A model generated the notes under the pieces. The model was given only the letters and a program-made list of their open reading frames with translations, was not told the origin of the DNA and searched no databases. A program made the position numbers and the translations under genes. Shown one piece after another: positions 21,089-29,912 of a DNA stretch of 64,000 bases. The stretch's first letter is position 1. Each line of letters opens with the position of its first letter. Source of the stretch: Sedimentisphaerales bacterium (GTDB taxonomy: Bacteria > Planctomycetota > Phycisphaerae > Sedimentisphaerales > SM23-30); the NCBI GenBank assembly GCA_963663805.2, contig CAXXMR010000011.1:1-64000 (forward strand), read 5' to 3'.

Positions 21089-21263
21089 ACACAGCCATCC
21101 CATAGAGAACTAAATTTCAAGGAGTTATTTTCAAATAGGTTGACAATTTCCCGCAGGCGTAAAGCGTGATAACTCCTATCCAGAAATGCCAGCAAAAATG
21201 GCTGTTTTTGACTCAAAAATACAGCTCTTGCGGGGAATGTACGAACTTATGGGATGACTGTGT
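21089..21263. mobile_element. MITE-like element, 175 bp
   Basis: Terminal inverted repeats ACACAGCCATCCCATA (21089-21104) and TATGGGATGACTGTGT (21248-21263), 15/16 match; non-coding interior. Confidence 0.55.
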
Positions 21264-21372
21264 GAATAATTCTCTTCAAATGGATTGTATTTTCGATGGG
21301 TTTATGTATACTGGTTTATTGATTTTTGATTGAAAGTGTAAGAAATCAAGACTTAAAACATATACTGGCGCA

Positions 21373-24300
21373 ATGGCACAAAAGGGTAAACTTAAGCGGG
21401 AAGGTTGCGGGGAAGCTTATGAGGCTGTTGGACGTGCGCAAGTTCTTAAAGAGGACTCCTTTAGCATCAGTAAGCTCAAGGGTAAGTTGAAAATCGAGCT
21501 TAAGGCCAATGTCAAACCAGAACGGATTAAGACTGAAATTGCCGACGATATACATCGGGGGAAGCACCGGCTGGCGGTTGACAAGGCAAAGTGCTATCAC
21601 AATACGATAGGGAACGCGGATTCTAGGGAATGCCTGCTTTTCGCCTACCAGGGCCGTATATCTCATATGCTGGATCAGGGGATGGCTTTTGAGGCTGACC
21701 AATTGCTGGAGGTGGTTGAAGGTAAATTCCCGGCGGAGCGTGGGCATTTCGATTCATTACGGCAACGGCTGGCTTTTGCCAACGGCCAACTGGATTCGAT
21801 TTTGTCACAGCTCAAGGCGGCTGACCGCAGCCAACTGGAACATATCAATATTCTGATAAGGCAGAATTGTAAAGATTTGGCGGGGATAATTAACAGTAAG
21901 GTCTTGGCGGCTGACCATCCTTTGCGTAGAGCCGCGACCGCGGCCCAGGATGCTTTTGCAAAAGTTACCAGTCGGCAAGTAAGCGAAGATGAGATTTTTC
22001 TGCCGGAAATTTCACATCGAAGCCCTCTTCTGGACTGGAAACTTCTGATTCGGGGGATTGCTTACTTCTATCAGGGCGAAAACGGGAAATCGCTGGAGCA
22101 AATCGATAAAATAGATGCTTCTGCGGCAGTACGTAAACTGGGCGAAGTTGTCAGGGCCATGCTCAGGGATGAAGCCCCGAACGATTTAAGCAAGGCATGC
22201 GGTTTGCTCGTTAGTGAAATTCTTAACGAATACTCGCAGTTGATTGACGCGGTGACGGCACTTGATGAGGCTCTGGAAGGGGATGACGACGCTCTTGCAA
22301 CCCGTTGTGTATCAAAAGCCCTGTCTTTCTGCCGGCAGTTTCGACCGGATTTTAAGACGCGTCTGATGCAGCACATCTCTGTGAGAGCGATGATGTGCGA
22401 TGTTACCCCGGAGCCGATACTGGCTGGGTTTGGCAAAGACCGGGTTCTGCGAGAAGCGTATTACTGGCGGTTGTTTGCCAGAGGCCTGGAAGCTGCCGAC
22501 GATGCCTTCTACGCTTGTGCGGCCTGGGAGGAGTTCCGGCGGCATGCGTTAAATGAGAAATGGTTTACTCCCGATAGTGCCGAAGAAGCGGCAGTTTTTC
22601 TTCACATGGCCGATGTCATTCGGGGAGCCTCAGACGACTTCCTTGAAGAAATGCAGGAAGACTTTGAAGAGGATTTTCGTGGCTTCGGGCACATGTATCA
22701 GGGGCAGCCTGATTGGGTGATGCGTGCCATGCCAACCGCTGGGCAGAGAAAAGATTTCTATTATATTTACCCGGAACAGTTGTTTGAGCGAGCATTTTCG
22801 GCTTTTCCGACACGGGAATTGTTCACTAAATGGATATCTTATACGTCAGAAACCAGCGGCGATTATCGTGACATGGAAAAAGTAGCGTTACGCTGGCACG
22901 AAACCATTCCGGAAAATATCGAACCTTTGCTCGTTTTGGCCAAGGCGGCCGATAAGCGTAACGCTTACAATAAAGCCTTGAAATACCTGGATACCGCCGA
23001 AGAATTGGATAAGATTAATCCTGAAGTTAAATGGATGCGTTTTCGCCTTCAGGTATCCAAGACCATGCGTCATTTGCGTGACTTCAAGTCAAATCTGGTG
23101 GAAAAAGACCTGGCGGAGCTGGAAGACCTGCCGCAGATATTTGACGGAGATCGTCCGGCAATGCTGGGGGCCCTGCGTTTGTTTCTGTATCGCAGCAACA
23201 AGGATACCCAGGCCGAGCAGCAGGAATATAACAAGCTGGTTGATTTTCTGGGCAATAATACCGCGGTTGACTTTTTGCTTTTTTGTCTGACCAGGGAATA
23301 CAATTTGTACTATAACGGAACAGGTTCGAAAGTGAGGTTAAACCTCAAAAAGGCAACCGACCCGGTGGGCACGGCGGGACGAATCTGTCGCCTGGGCCAG
23401 GAGATGGGTTTTGCTGTTGATATTCCGGAGGATTGGCCAGCAGTGTTGGGTAAAGAGCTTGGCAAGAAACGAAACAGATTTGACCCACAGATATTAAAAG
23501 CACTTGCCGAATCGGCGTATAAGAACCTTCAATGGCTGCTTCTCTTTGATATAAGCGGGGCAGGTTTGAGAAACTCTGGTAAATATGTGCCGGAATTTCT
23601 GATTTATCGTGCTCAATCTCTGGGTTTTCTTGATAGGGAAAGGTCTGTGAACTGTCTCAAGTGTGCCGCAGTTCTGGCACAGAGGCAGTCTGAACCAGAA
23701 TTAGTGGAAAAAGCTATTGATGCGCTCAAACGGATTTCGCCCTTTGGCGGTTTTGGTACGCAGCAGATGGTGCCGGACGAAAATTTTATCCAGAAGGTTA
23801 TCACTAAAGAATTAAAGGCGAAAAAGCCGCAGCAGCAAAAACGTGAGGTTGGCCGGCGTGGCATATTGAATAGATTCAAGAGTGGTGCTCTGGATTTTGG
23901 CCGCGGAGAATGTCAGTGTCCCGAATGTCGCCGGGCCCGTGCGGAAGCAGCAAAACCGAAGCAGGCCCGGAAAAAGAAGAGCCCCAAGGATGTTTTTTCG
24001 GATGACGAGCCATTGCTGTTTGATGATATGGAAGATTACCTTATTGACGAACCGAATGACGGGCCGGAAGATGAAACCGAAGACGATTTTGATACTATTC
24101 CGTCCCTGCCGACGATCGATAAGGATTCCCCAGAAGCTAAAATGGCACTCAAGGAATTGCTTGATTTTTGTAACGGCCGTCTGCCGCAAAGATCTGACCT
24201 AGATAGGCTGGCTTTCGAAAACCCGGGCCTGGCGATGAAGCTCCTCATGCTTGTGAATGGGGTCGGTCCTGATGGTTTGGACGATGATGATTGTGATGAT

Positions 24301-24411
24301 GACATTGACTTTGGAGACTTCTCTCCGTTTGGTAAGCCGAAAGTTAACCGTAGCGAAAAACGCAGGAATCGCAAAAAAGAACGCAAGAACCGAAAACGTA
24401 ACAGGAAATAA
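21373..24411 (+). CDS. Large hypothetical alpha-helical/TPR-like protein, first gene of the Hsp70 operon
   Basis: 1012-aa ORF; TPR-like YNKALKYLDTAEELDKINPEV; CQCPEC; acidic tract; K/R-rich tail. Confidence 0.8.
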   Translation: MAQKGKLKREGCGEAYEAVGRAQVLKEDSFSISKLKGKLKIELKANVKPERIKTEIADDIHRGKHRLAVDKAKCYHNTIGNADSRECLLFAYQGRISHMLDQGMAFEADQLLEVVEGKFPAERGHFDSLRQRLAFANGQLDSILSQLKAADRSQLEHINILIRQNCKDLAGIINSKVLAADHPLRRAATAAQDAFAKVTSRQVSEDEIFLPEISHRSPLLDWKLLIRGIAYFYQGENGKSLEQIDKIDASAAVRKLGEVVRAMLRDEAPNDLSKACGLLVSEILNEYSQLIDAVTALDEALEGDDDALATRCVSKALSFCRQFRPDFKTRLMQHISVRAMMCDVTPEPILAGFGKDRVLREAYYWRLFARGLEAADDAFYACAAWEEFRRHALNEKWFTPDSAEEAAVFLHMADVIRGASDDFLEEMQEDFEEDFRGFGHMYQGQPDWVMRAMPTAGQRKDFYYIYPEQLFERAFSAFPTRELFTKWISYTSETSGDYRDMEKVALRWHETIPENIEPLLVLAKAADKRNAYNKALKYLDTAEELDKINPEVKWMRFRLQVSKTMRHLRDFKSNLVEKDLAELEDLPQIFDGDRPAMLGALRLFLYRSNKDTQAEQQEYNKLVDFLGNNTAVDFLLFCLTREYNLYYNGTGSKVRLNLKKATDPVGTAGRICRLGQEMGFAVDIPEDWPAVLGKELGKKRNRFDPQILKALAESAYKNLQWLLLFDISGAGLRNSGKYVPEFLIYRAQSLGFLDRERSVNCLKCAAVLAQRQSEPELVEKAIDALKRISPFGGFGTQQMVPDENFIQKVITKELKAKKPQQQKREVGRRGILNRFKSGALDFGRGECQCPECRRARAEAAKPKQARKKKSPKDVFSDDEPLLFDDMEDYLIDEPNDGPEDETEDDFDTIPSLPTIDKDSPEAKMALKELLDFCNGRLPQRSDLDRLAFENPGLAMKLLMLVNGVGPDGLDDDDCDDDIDFGDFSPFGKPKVNRSEKRRNRKKERKNRKRNRK

Positions 24412-24466
24412 CGGAGTTTGTCCGGTTTTACGTCAAAAGTATAGTTGTTTACGCAGGAAGAGCCTA

Positions 24467-24763
24467 ATGCAATTAGATGCCCATGACCCCTATGAGATTC
24501 TCGGTGTAATGGTCAGCAGTTCCGCCGAGGACATTCGCAATGCGTATCTGGCCGGGATCGCTCAGTTTCCGCCGGACCGTTCGCCTCAGGAATTTGAAAA
24601 GATTCGCGATGCTTATGATGTTTTAAGCAATCCGCAAAGGCATGCTGAGTTAATTCTCGGTGCCGACCCGCGACAATGTTTAGCCGATGTGCTCAAAAGT
24701 GAAACCAAAGGCCGGAAGTTCGTAGGGCCGGACAAATGGCTGAATCTACTTAATTCAGAATAA
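24467..24763 (+). CDS. Small J-domain (DnaJ-like) protein with non-canonical HPD
   Basis: AGGAAG RBS; DPYEILGV...EDIRNAY...QFPPDR...FEKIRDAYDVLSNP. Confidence 0.85.
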   Translation: MQLDAHDPYEILGVMVSSSAEDIRNAYLAGIAQFPPDRSPQEFEKIRDAYDVLSNPQRHAELILGADPRQCLADVLKSETKGRKFVGPDKWLNLLNSE

Positions 24764-24779
24764 CGTTGAAGGTGTCTAT

Positions 24780-25586
24780 ATGGACAACAATGATTACTCA
24801 CAAGACGCTATGCCAGTCCGTGATCGTATTCTTCGGAATTTTGAAATGATGCTGGACCGGGTTTTGCAGGAAGAAGAACCGCCCGCGGGGATACCTCCGG
24901 AAATCTGGCAGGAATTGCAGCGGGAAGAACCCGATACTGAGTCTGATTTACGCTGCGACCTTTATGAAATGTGGTCGGTATTGACAGTGTTGGCGCAGGA
25001 AAGCAAATTGCAGGCTCGCGGCTTCAGGCAATTAGAAGAATCAGTGCTGGCACTGGCGGCTGAGGATAACCGCGAACCATCTGAAACAATTATTCAGCAT
25101 ATTAGTAAACTGCATGATGAGGTTTTCAAACTGCGTCAGCAACAGAATCAGAAGCAGTTGGATCTGGAGCATGAAGCCTCAGCGGATTTCATTGGATTGC
25201 TGATTGATATTCGCGAACGATTGCGGCGTGGCCGGGAGAGCAGTCGAGAAAGTTTCAGGCAGGCCGAGCAGGGTCCTAAATGCCTTCTGGGAACCTGGTG
25301 CCGCAATCATCAAGGCCTGGGGGATTATCATAGCAGCCTGAAATCGCTGTTGGAGGGCTATACTCTCAACCTGGAACATCTCGAAGAAGTACTCGAAAAA
25401 CTGGAATTACACGAAATTGACTGTCTGGGCCAATCATTTGACCCGCAAATAATGACTGCGGTGGAACTGGATTGTTCCGCCGATGTCGCCGACGGCACTG
25501 TACTGGAAGTTTATCGTCCCGGTTATCTCTGGCGGGAAAAACTCTTTCGTCCAGCCTGCGTGAAAGTTGCTCGTAAGTCAATGTGA
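24780..25586 (+). CDS. grpE: GrpE-family nucleotide exchange factor (atypical)
   Basis: Coiled N-terminal part; GQSFDPQIMTAV, GTVLEVYRPGY, FRPACVKVA. Confidence 0.85.
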   Translation: MDNNDYSQDAMPVRDRILRNFEMMLDRVLQEEEPPAGIPPEIWQELQREEPDTESDLRCDLYEMWSVLTVLAQESKLQARGFRQLEESVLALAAEDNREPSETIIQHISKLHDEVFKLRQQQNQKQLDLEHEASADFIGLLIDIRERLRRGRESSRESFRQAEQGPKCLLGTWCRNHQGLGDYHSSLKSLLEGYTLNLEHLEEVLEKLELHEIDCLGQSFDPQIMTAVELDCSADVADGTVLEVYRPGYLWREKLFRPACVKVARKSM

Positions 25587-25633
25587 CAGACGGATTTTGG
25601 TAAGCATTAATAATATTATACATAGAGGAAAAG

Positions 25634-27463
25634 ATGTCCAAAGAAGAACTTGTAGTTGGCATAGACCTGGGGACTACTAATTCGGAAATAGCTGCGTTTG
25701 TCGATGGTATGCCGCAGGTATTGGGCGGAGAACAGGCGATTCTGCCGTCCTGTGTGGGATTCTCAGATGAAGGAAAACTGTTGGTAGGTGAGTCGGCTCG
25801 AAATCAATATCTGGTTTATCCGGAACTGACCGTACGCAGTATTAAACGCAAGATGGGGCAGAGCGAGAAAGTCACTCTGGGAAAACAGAGTTTCAGTCCG
25901 GAAGAAATATCGTCATTCATACTGCGTGAATTGGCTCAGCGAGCCCAGGCGATATTGGGGCAGGAAGTAAAAAAAGCGATCATTACGGTGCCCGCTTATT
26001 TTTCCGATGCCCAGCGAAACGCCACTCGTCAAGCTGGTGAACTGGCTGGCCTGGAGGTGGTGCGAATCCTCAATGAACCGACCGCTGCTTCGCTTGCTTA
26101 CGGCCTGAGCGAAGAATCTGAGAAAACCGTGATGATTTATGATCTCGGCGGGGGAACGTTTGATGTCTCAATCGTCGCCATGGCTGGCGATGTCACCGAA
26201 GTGCTCGCCAGTCATGGGAACAATCATCTGGGAGGTGATGATTTCGATCAGAAATTGATAAATATTTTGCTCAATAAATTTCAGCGGCGGCATAAAATCG
26301 ACCTGAAAGACTGTCATCCGGCTGCCTATTCACGTTTGTGTCGGGCCGCTGAAGAGGCCAAAAAGAAGCTGAGTTTTGAACCTTATGCCTCCGTACGCGA
26401 AGAATCGCTAGTGCAAAAGAGCGGCAAAGGACTGCATCTGGATGTGGAAATTTCGCGTGAACAGTATGAAAAGGAAATTCGTGCCCTGCTGGAATCTACC
26501 ATGGACAGCGTATCGCGGGCGATGGCCGATGCGGGAAAAACTGCCGAGCAAATCGACGAAATCCTGCTCGTTGGCGGTTCGACCAGAACACCATTGGTTT
26601 GGGAGATGCTCGAAGAAAAAACCGGTGTTAAACCGCGACAGGATGTGCACCCTGATTTATGCGTGGCGTTAGGCGCAGGTGTGTTGGCATCGCGAATTGC
26701 CGGACATGATATAAAAAAAGTACTTGTTGACGTGTCACCATTTTCCTTTGGCCCTTCCTACCTCGGCGAAGAAGACGGCCTGCCCTATCCTTACTGCTAC
26801 CATCCTATCATCAGGCGAAATACTCCCTTGCCTATCACCCGAACTGAGAGTTATTATACTTCCGTGCCATATCAGGAAGCAGTCGAAATCAGCATTTTTC
26901 AGGGCGAAAATCCTGACGCACTTAAAAATATTCCCGTGGGCCAGTTTCGTGTCGAAGGACTCAATACCAGGGAAGAGCCTAATGAAATTCTCTGTCGTAT
27001 GAATCTCAATATCGACGGTATCCTGAAGGTGACCGCTATAGAAAAACGTACAGGCAAATCCAAATATATAACTATCAGTAATGCTTTTTCCACCCGGAAT
27101 GAAGTTGACATTGCCCGGGAACAGCAGAGACTGCGGAAAATTTATGAAACCAGCGGCTTCTCCGTGACTGATTTTGCCACAGACGATTCTGACGTGATTG
27201 ATGTTGAAGCGGCAACTGCCGGAAATGATGCCAGCCCATTGAAGTTTGACATGAAATTTGCCCAGAACTCCCAGCGAGCCAATAAATTACTCGAACGTTC
27301 GTGCAAACTTATCCCTGAGGTCCATGAAGAAGACAGGGAAGATATTATCGACCTGCACGAAAGAATAAACCAGGCCTTGGCCGAATCTGACAATGCCCAA
27401 CTGGAAGAGTCCTTGGCCGAACTGGAAGAACTGTTGTTCTTCGTGGAGGGAAATAATGACTGA
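25634..27463 (+). CDS. Hsp70-family protein (accessory DnaK-like paralog)
   Basis: VGIDLGTTNS, ITVPAYF, NEPTAA, YDLGGGTFDVS, HLGGDDFD, LVGGSTRTP; divergent substrate domain and short lid. Confidence 0.95.
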   Translation: MSKEELVVGIDLGTTNSEIAAFVDGMPQVLGGEQAILPSCVGFSDEGKLLVGESARNQYLVYPELTVRSIKRKMGQSEKVTLGKQSFSPEEISSFILRELAQRAQAILGQEVKKAIITVPAYFSDAQRNATRQAGELAGLEVVRILNEPTAASLAYGLSEESEKTVMIYDLGGGTFDVSIVAMAGDVTEVLASHGNNHLGGDDFDQKLINILLNKFQRRHKIDLKDCHPAAYSRLCRAAEEAKKKLSFEPYASVREESLVQKSGKGLHLDVEISREQYEKEIRALLESTMDSVSRAMADAGKTAEQIDEILLVGGSTRTPLVWEMLEEKTGVKPRQDVHPDLCVALGAGVLASRIAGHDIKKVLVDVSPFSFGPSYLGEEDGLPYPYCYHPIIRRNTPLPITRTESYYTSVPYQEAVEISIFQGENPDALKNIPVGQFRVEGLNTREEPNEILCRMNLNIDGILKVTAIEKRTGKSKYITISNAFSTRNEVDIAREQQRLRKIYETSGFSVTDFATDDSDVIDVEAATAGNDASPLKFDMKFAQNSQRANKLLERSCKLIPEVHEEDREDIIDLHERINQALAESDNAQLEESLAELEELLFFVEGNND

Positions 27464-27686
27464 ACAGACAATTTTGAAATGTCCTGTCTGTAAGGCGCGG
27501 TTCCGTTCGGAAACACTTTGTTCCCGCTGTGGATCTGATCTGGCAATGTTGATGAAGACTGCCGCCAAAGCTTTTCTTTTGCGACAAAAAGCACGAGAGG
27601 AAATCTTCCAGGGTAATCTGAGTAATGCGTTCAATCTCATTGCACGAGCATTAAAGCATAAAGATCAGTATAATTTCGTGAAGTAA
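27456..27686 (+). CDS. Small zinc-ribbon protein with TPR-like helix
   Basis: GGAGGG RBS; overlaps the Hsp70 stop; CPVC-x9-CSRC. Confidence 0.75.
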   Translation: MTEQTILKCPVCKARFRSETLCSRCGSDLAMLMKTAAKAFLLRQKAREEIFQGNLSNAFNLIARALKHKDQYNFVK

Positions 27687-27913
27687 TTTCTTTGGTTCCA
27701 AGGCAAAACCGTTAATCCGCTATCCTAAACGCTCTGGCTCCAGGTCGCGTCCCGTACCATCGAAAATCAAGCCCAAACTGCCAGTTTGACAGCCCAAAAC
27801 ATGATTATGGAGTAGAGAACCGTATTTGCGAGAAAAACCTTGTTTATGATATCAAAAGGCGGTTTTTCAGCAACGTTCCAAAAGTCATCCACCGCTGATT
27901 TTAGCTAAAATTG

Positions 27914-28153
27914 GTAACACTTTAGCCAAGTGAAGCAGAGAACTCCGCGAGTTTTGGCAATTTGCCGGTTTTGATGTATGTTCGCAGGGCTTTTTTGACG
28001 GTAGCAACCGGGTTTAGGCCGCGTTGTTTCAGGGTAAAGAACACGCGCAATATCGCAAATTGCCCATCTTAACATTTTGAAGTTTTTCTGTCTTTTTTTT
28101 GCACAAGCCAACCCGAAAGCTATAGAATTTGCTTCACTTGGCTAAAATATTAC
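27914..28153. mobile_element. MITE-like element, 240 bp
   Basis: 24-bp TIRs GTAAYAYTTTAGCCAAGTGAAGCA at 27914-27937 and, inverted, 28130-28153; inner 17 bp perfect. Confidence 0.6.
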
Positions 28154-28197
28154 AATAGTTCACACGCTTAAAAGGCCTGTAATACAAAGGAAATAAC

Positions 28198-28950
28198 ATG
28201 ACAAGAAAACTATGCCATTCCGACTTGCTGGAACTGAAACGATGGAACACGCCGACGATTTATAACGGCTGGGAGCAAATCACTAAACATGATGTCGCTC
28301 GCGCAGGAATTAACATCGAGGATTTGCGCGATTTTATGCCGCAGATGGGGCCGATGGTTGGTTACGCGGTCACGGTGGTATTCGAACCGAGCAATCCTGA
28401 GCATACGGTGAACGGTGCGGAAAAATGGAGCGAATACCGCAAATATATGGCCGGTGTCGAAGGGCCCAAGATTGTAGTGATACAGGATATGGACAAGCCG
28501 GCGACGATTGGCTCGTTCTGGGGCGAGGTCAACAGCAATATCCATCGCAGTCTGGGCTGTGTCGGCACAATAACCGACGGCGCGATCCGCGACATAGACG
28601 AAATGACCAACGCCGGATTTAAGGCCCTGGCCAGGCGTTTCTGTGTCGGGCACGCTCATGGGGCACCGATAAAATGGAATTGTGAAGTCGAGGTGTTCGG
28701 CCAGAAAATCCAGCCCGGACAGCTGATTCACGCCGACAAACATGGTTTTCTGGCTATCCCCGACGAGGACCAGGAACGACTGCTCGAAGCGGCACGGTTC
28801 ATGGATTCCAATGAATGCAAAAGTGTAATCGCCGCGGCGCGTGAAGGCAGCGGCAAGAGCACCAACGAAATTCTCAGGCAGATTGAAGAGGCCTGCGCAA
28901 AATTCAGCCAACGCGCGAAAGAAAAATACGGCAACAAAGGTGAATGGTAA
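28198..28950 (+). CDS. RraA-family protein (HMG aldolase-like)
   Basis: TPTIYN, PMVGYAVT, FWGEVN, GTITDGAIRD, GQLIHADKHG. Confidence 0.88.
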   Translation: MTRKLCHSDLLELKRWNTPTIYNGWEQITKHDVARAGINIEDLRDFMPQMGPMVGYAVTVVFEPSNPEHTVNGAEKWSEYRKYMAGVEGPKIVVIQDMDKPATIGSFWGEVNSNIHRSLGCVGTITDGAIRDIDEMTNAGFKALARRFCVGHAHGAPIKWNCEVEVFGQKIQPGQLIHADKHGFLAIPDEDQERLLEAARFMDSNECKSVIAAAREGSGKSTNEILRQIEEACAKFSQRAKEKYGNKGEW

Positions 28951-29906
28951 TGAAAATTGTAGTTCTGGACGGCTATACACTTAACCCCGGCGATTTGAGC
29001 TGGGAAGCTCTGGAAACATTAGGCAAACTAACGGTGTATGACCGAACCGAACCGGAAAAAGTAATCGAACGTTCGGCAGGCGCGACCATATTGCTCACCA
29101 ACAAAACCGTATTGAGCGAGGAGCATTTCGCAGAACTGGATGAGTTGAAATATATCGGTGTGCTGGCGACCGGCTATAACGTGGTAGACATCACCGCGGC
29201 AAAAAATAGAGGTGTTGTCGTCACAAATATCCCCACCTACGGCACCACGTCAGTCGCCCAGATGGTTTTCGCGCATGTGCTGAATCTCTGTCATCATATC
29301 GGTGAACACGCCCAAGGAGTTACCAAAGGTAAGTGGTGTGAATCTGTTGATTTCTGCTATTGGGATTTTCCGCTGATTGAATTAGCCGGCAGAACAATGG
29401 GACTGATAGGATTGGGCCGGATTGGTCAGGCGACCGCGGCCCTGGCCTTGGCGTTTGGCATGAAAGTAATCGCTTATGACGCTATCATGAAAGAATCACC
29501 TCTTGAGGGCGTTCAACTGGTTCCGCTTGACGAGCTGTTCCAAAAGAGCGATGTTATTTCCCTGCATTGCCCGCTGACTGCCGATACAGAAAAAATGATA
29601 AACGCTCAACGCCTGAAGAAAATGAAGCCAGAGGCGTTTCTTATCAACACCGGTCGCGGACCATTAATCGAAGAAACCGCACTGGCCGAGGCACTCAACA
29701 GCGGACTAATCGCCGGGGCGGGACTCGATGTAATAACGGTTGAACCTGCGACCAAAAATAATCCGCTGCTCCAGGCAAAGAACTGCTATATAACCCCGCA
29801 TATCGCCTGGGCCACCGCGGCGGCGCGTAAACGCCTGCTGAATACCGCAGTACAAAACGTGCAGGCGTTCCAAAACGGCAAGCCGGTCAATATCGTGAAC
29901 AAATAA
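28950..29906 (+). CDS. D-2-hydroxyacid dehydrogenase (glycerate dehydrogenase/HprA-like)
   Basis: MKIVVLDGYTLNPGD, GLGRIG, SLHCPL, INTGRG, ITPHIAW; TAATG coupling to the RraA gene. Confidence 0.92.
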   Translation: MKIVVLDGYTLNPGDLSWEALETLGKLTVYDRTEPEKVIERSAGATILLTNKTVLSEEHFAELDELKYIGVLATGYNVVDITAAKNRGVVVTNIPTYGTTSVAQMVFAHVLNLCHHIGEHAQGVTKGKWCESVDFCYWDFPLIELAGRTMGLIGLGRIGQATAALALAFGMKVIAYDAIMKESPLEGVQLVPLDELFQKSDVISLHCPLTADTEKMINAQRLKKMKPEAFLINTGRGPLIEETALAEALNSGLIAGAGLDVITVEPATKNNPLLQAKNCYITPHIAWATAAARKRLLNTAVQNVQAFQNGKPVNIVNK

Positions 29907-29912
29907 AATCTG

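Noticed and set aside
24257..24466. N-terminal extension of the J-domain ORF in the track
   Set aside because: Overlaps the upstream gene; RBS and domain start support ATG 24467
25634..27463. Housekeeping dnaK
   Set aside because: Divergent substrate domain and lid, no full-length dnaJ or hrcA, accessory context
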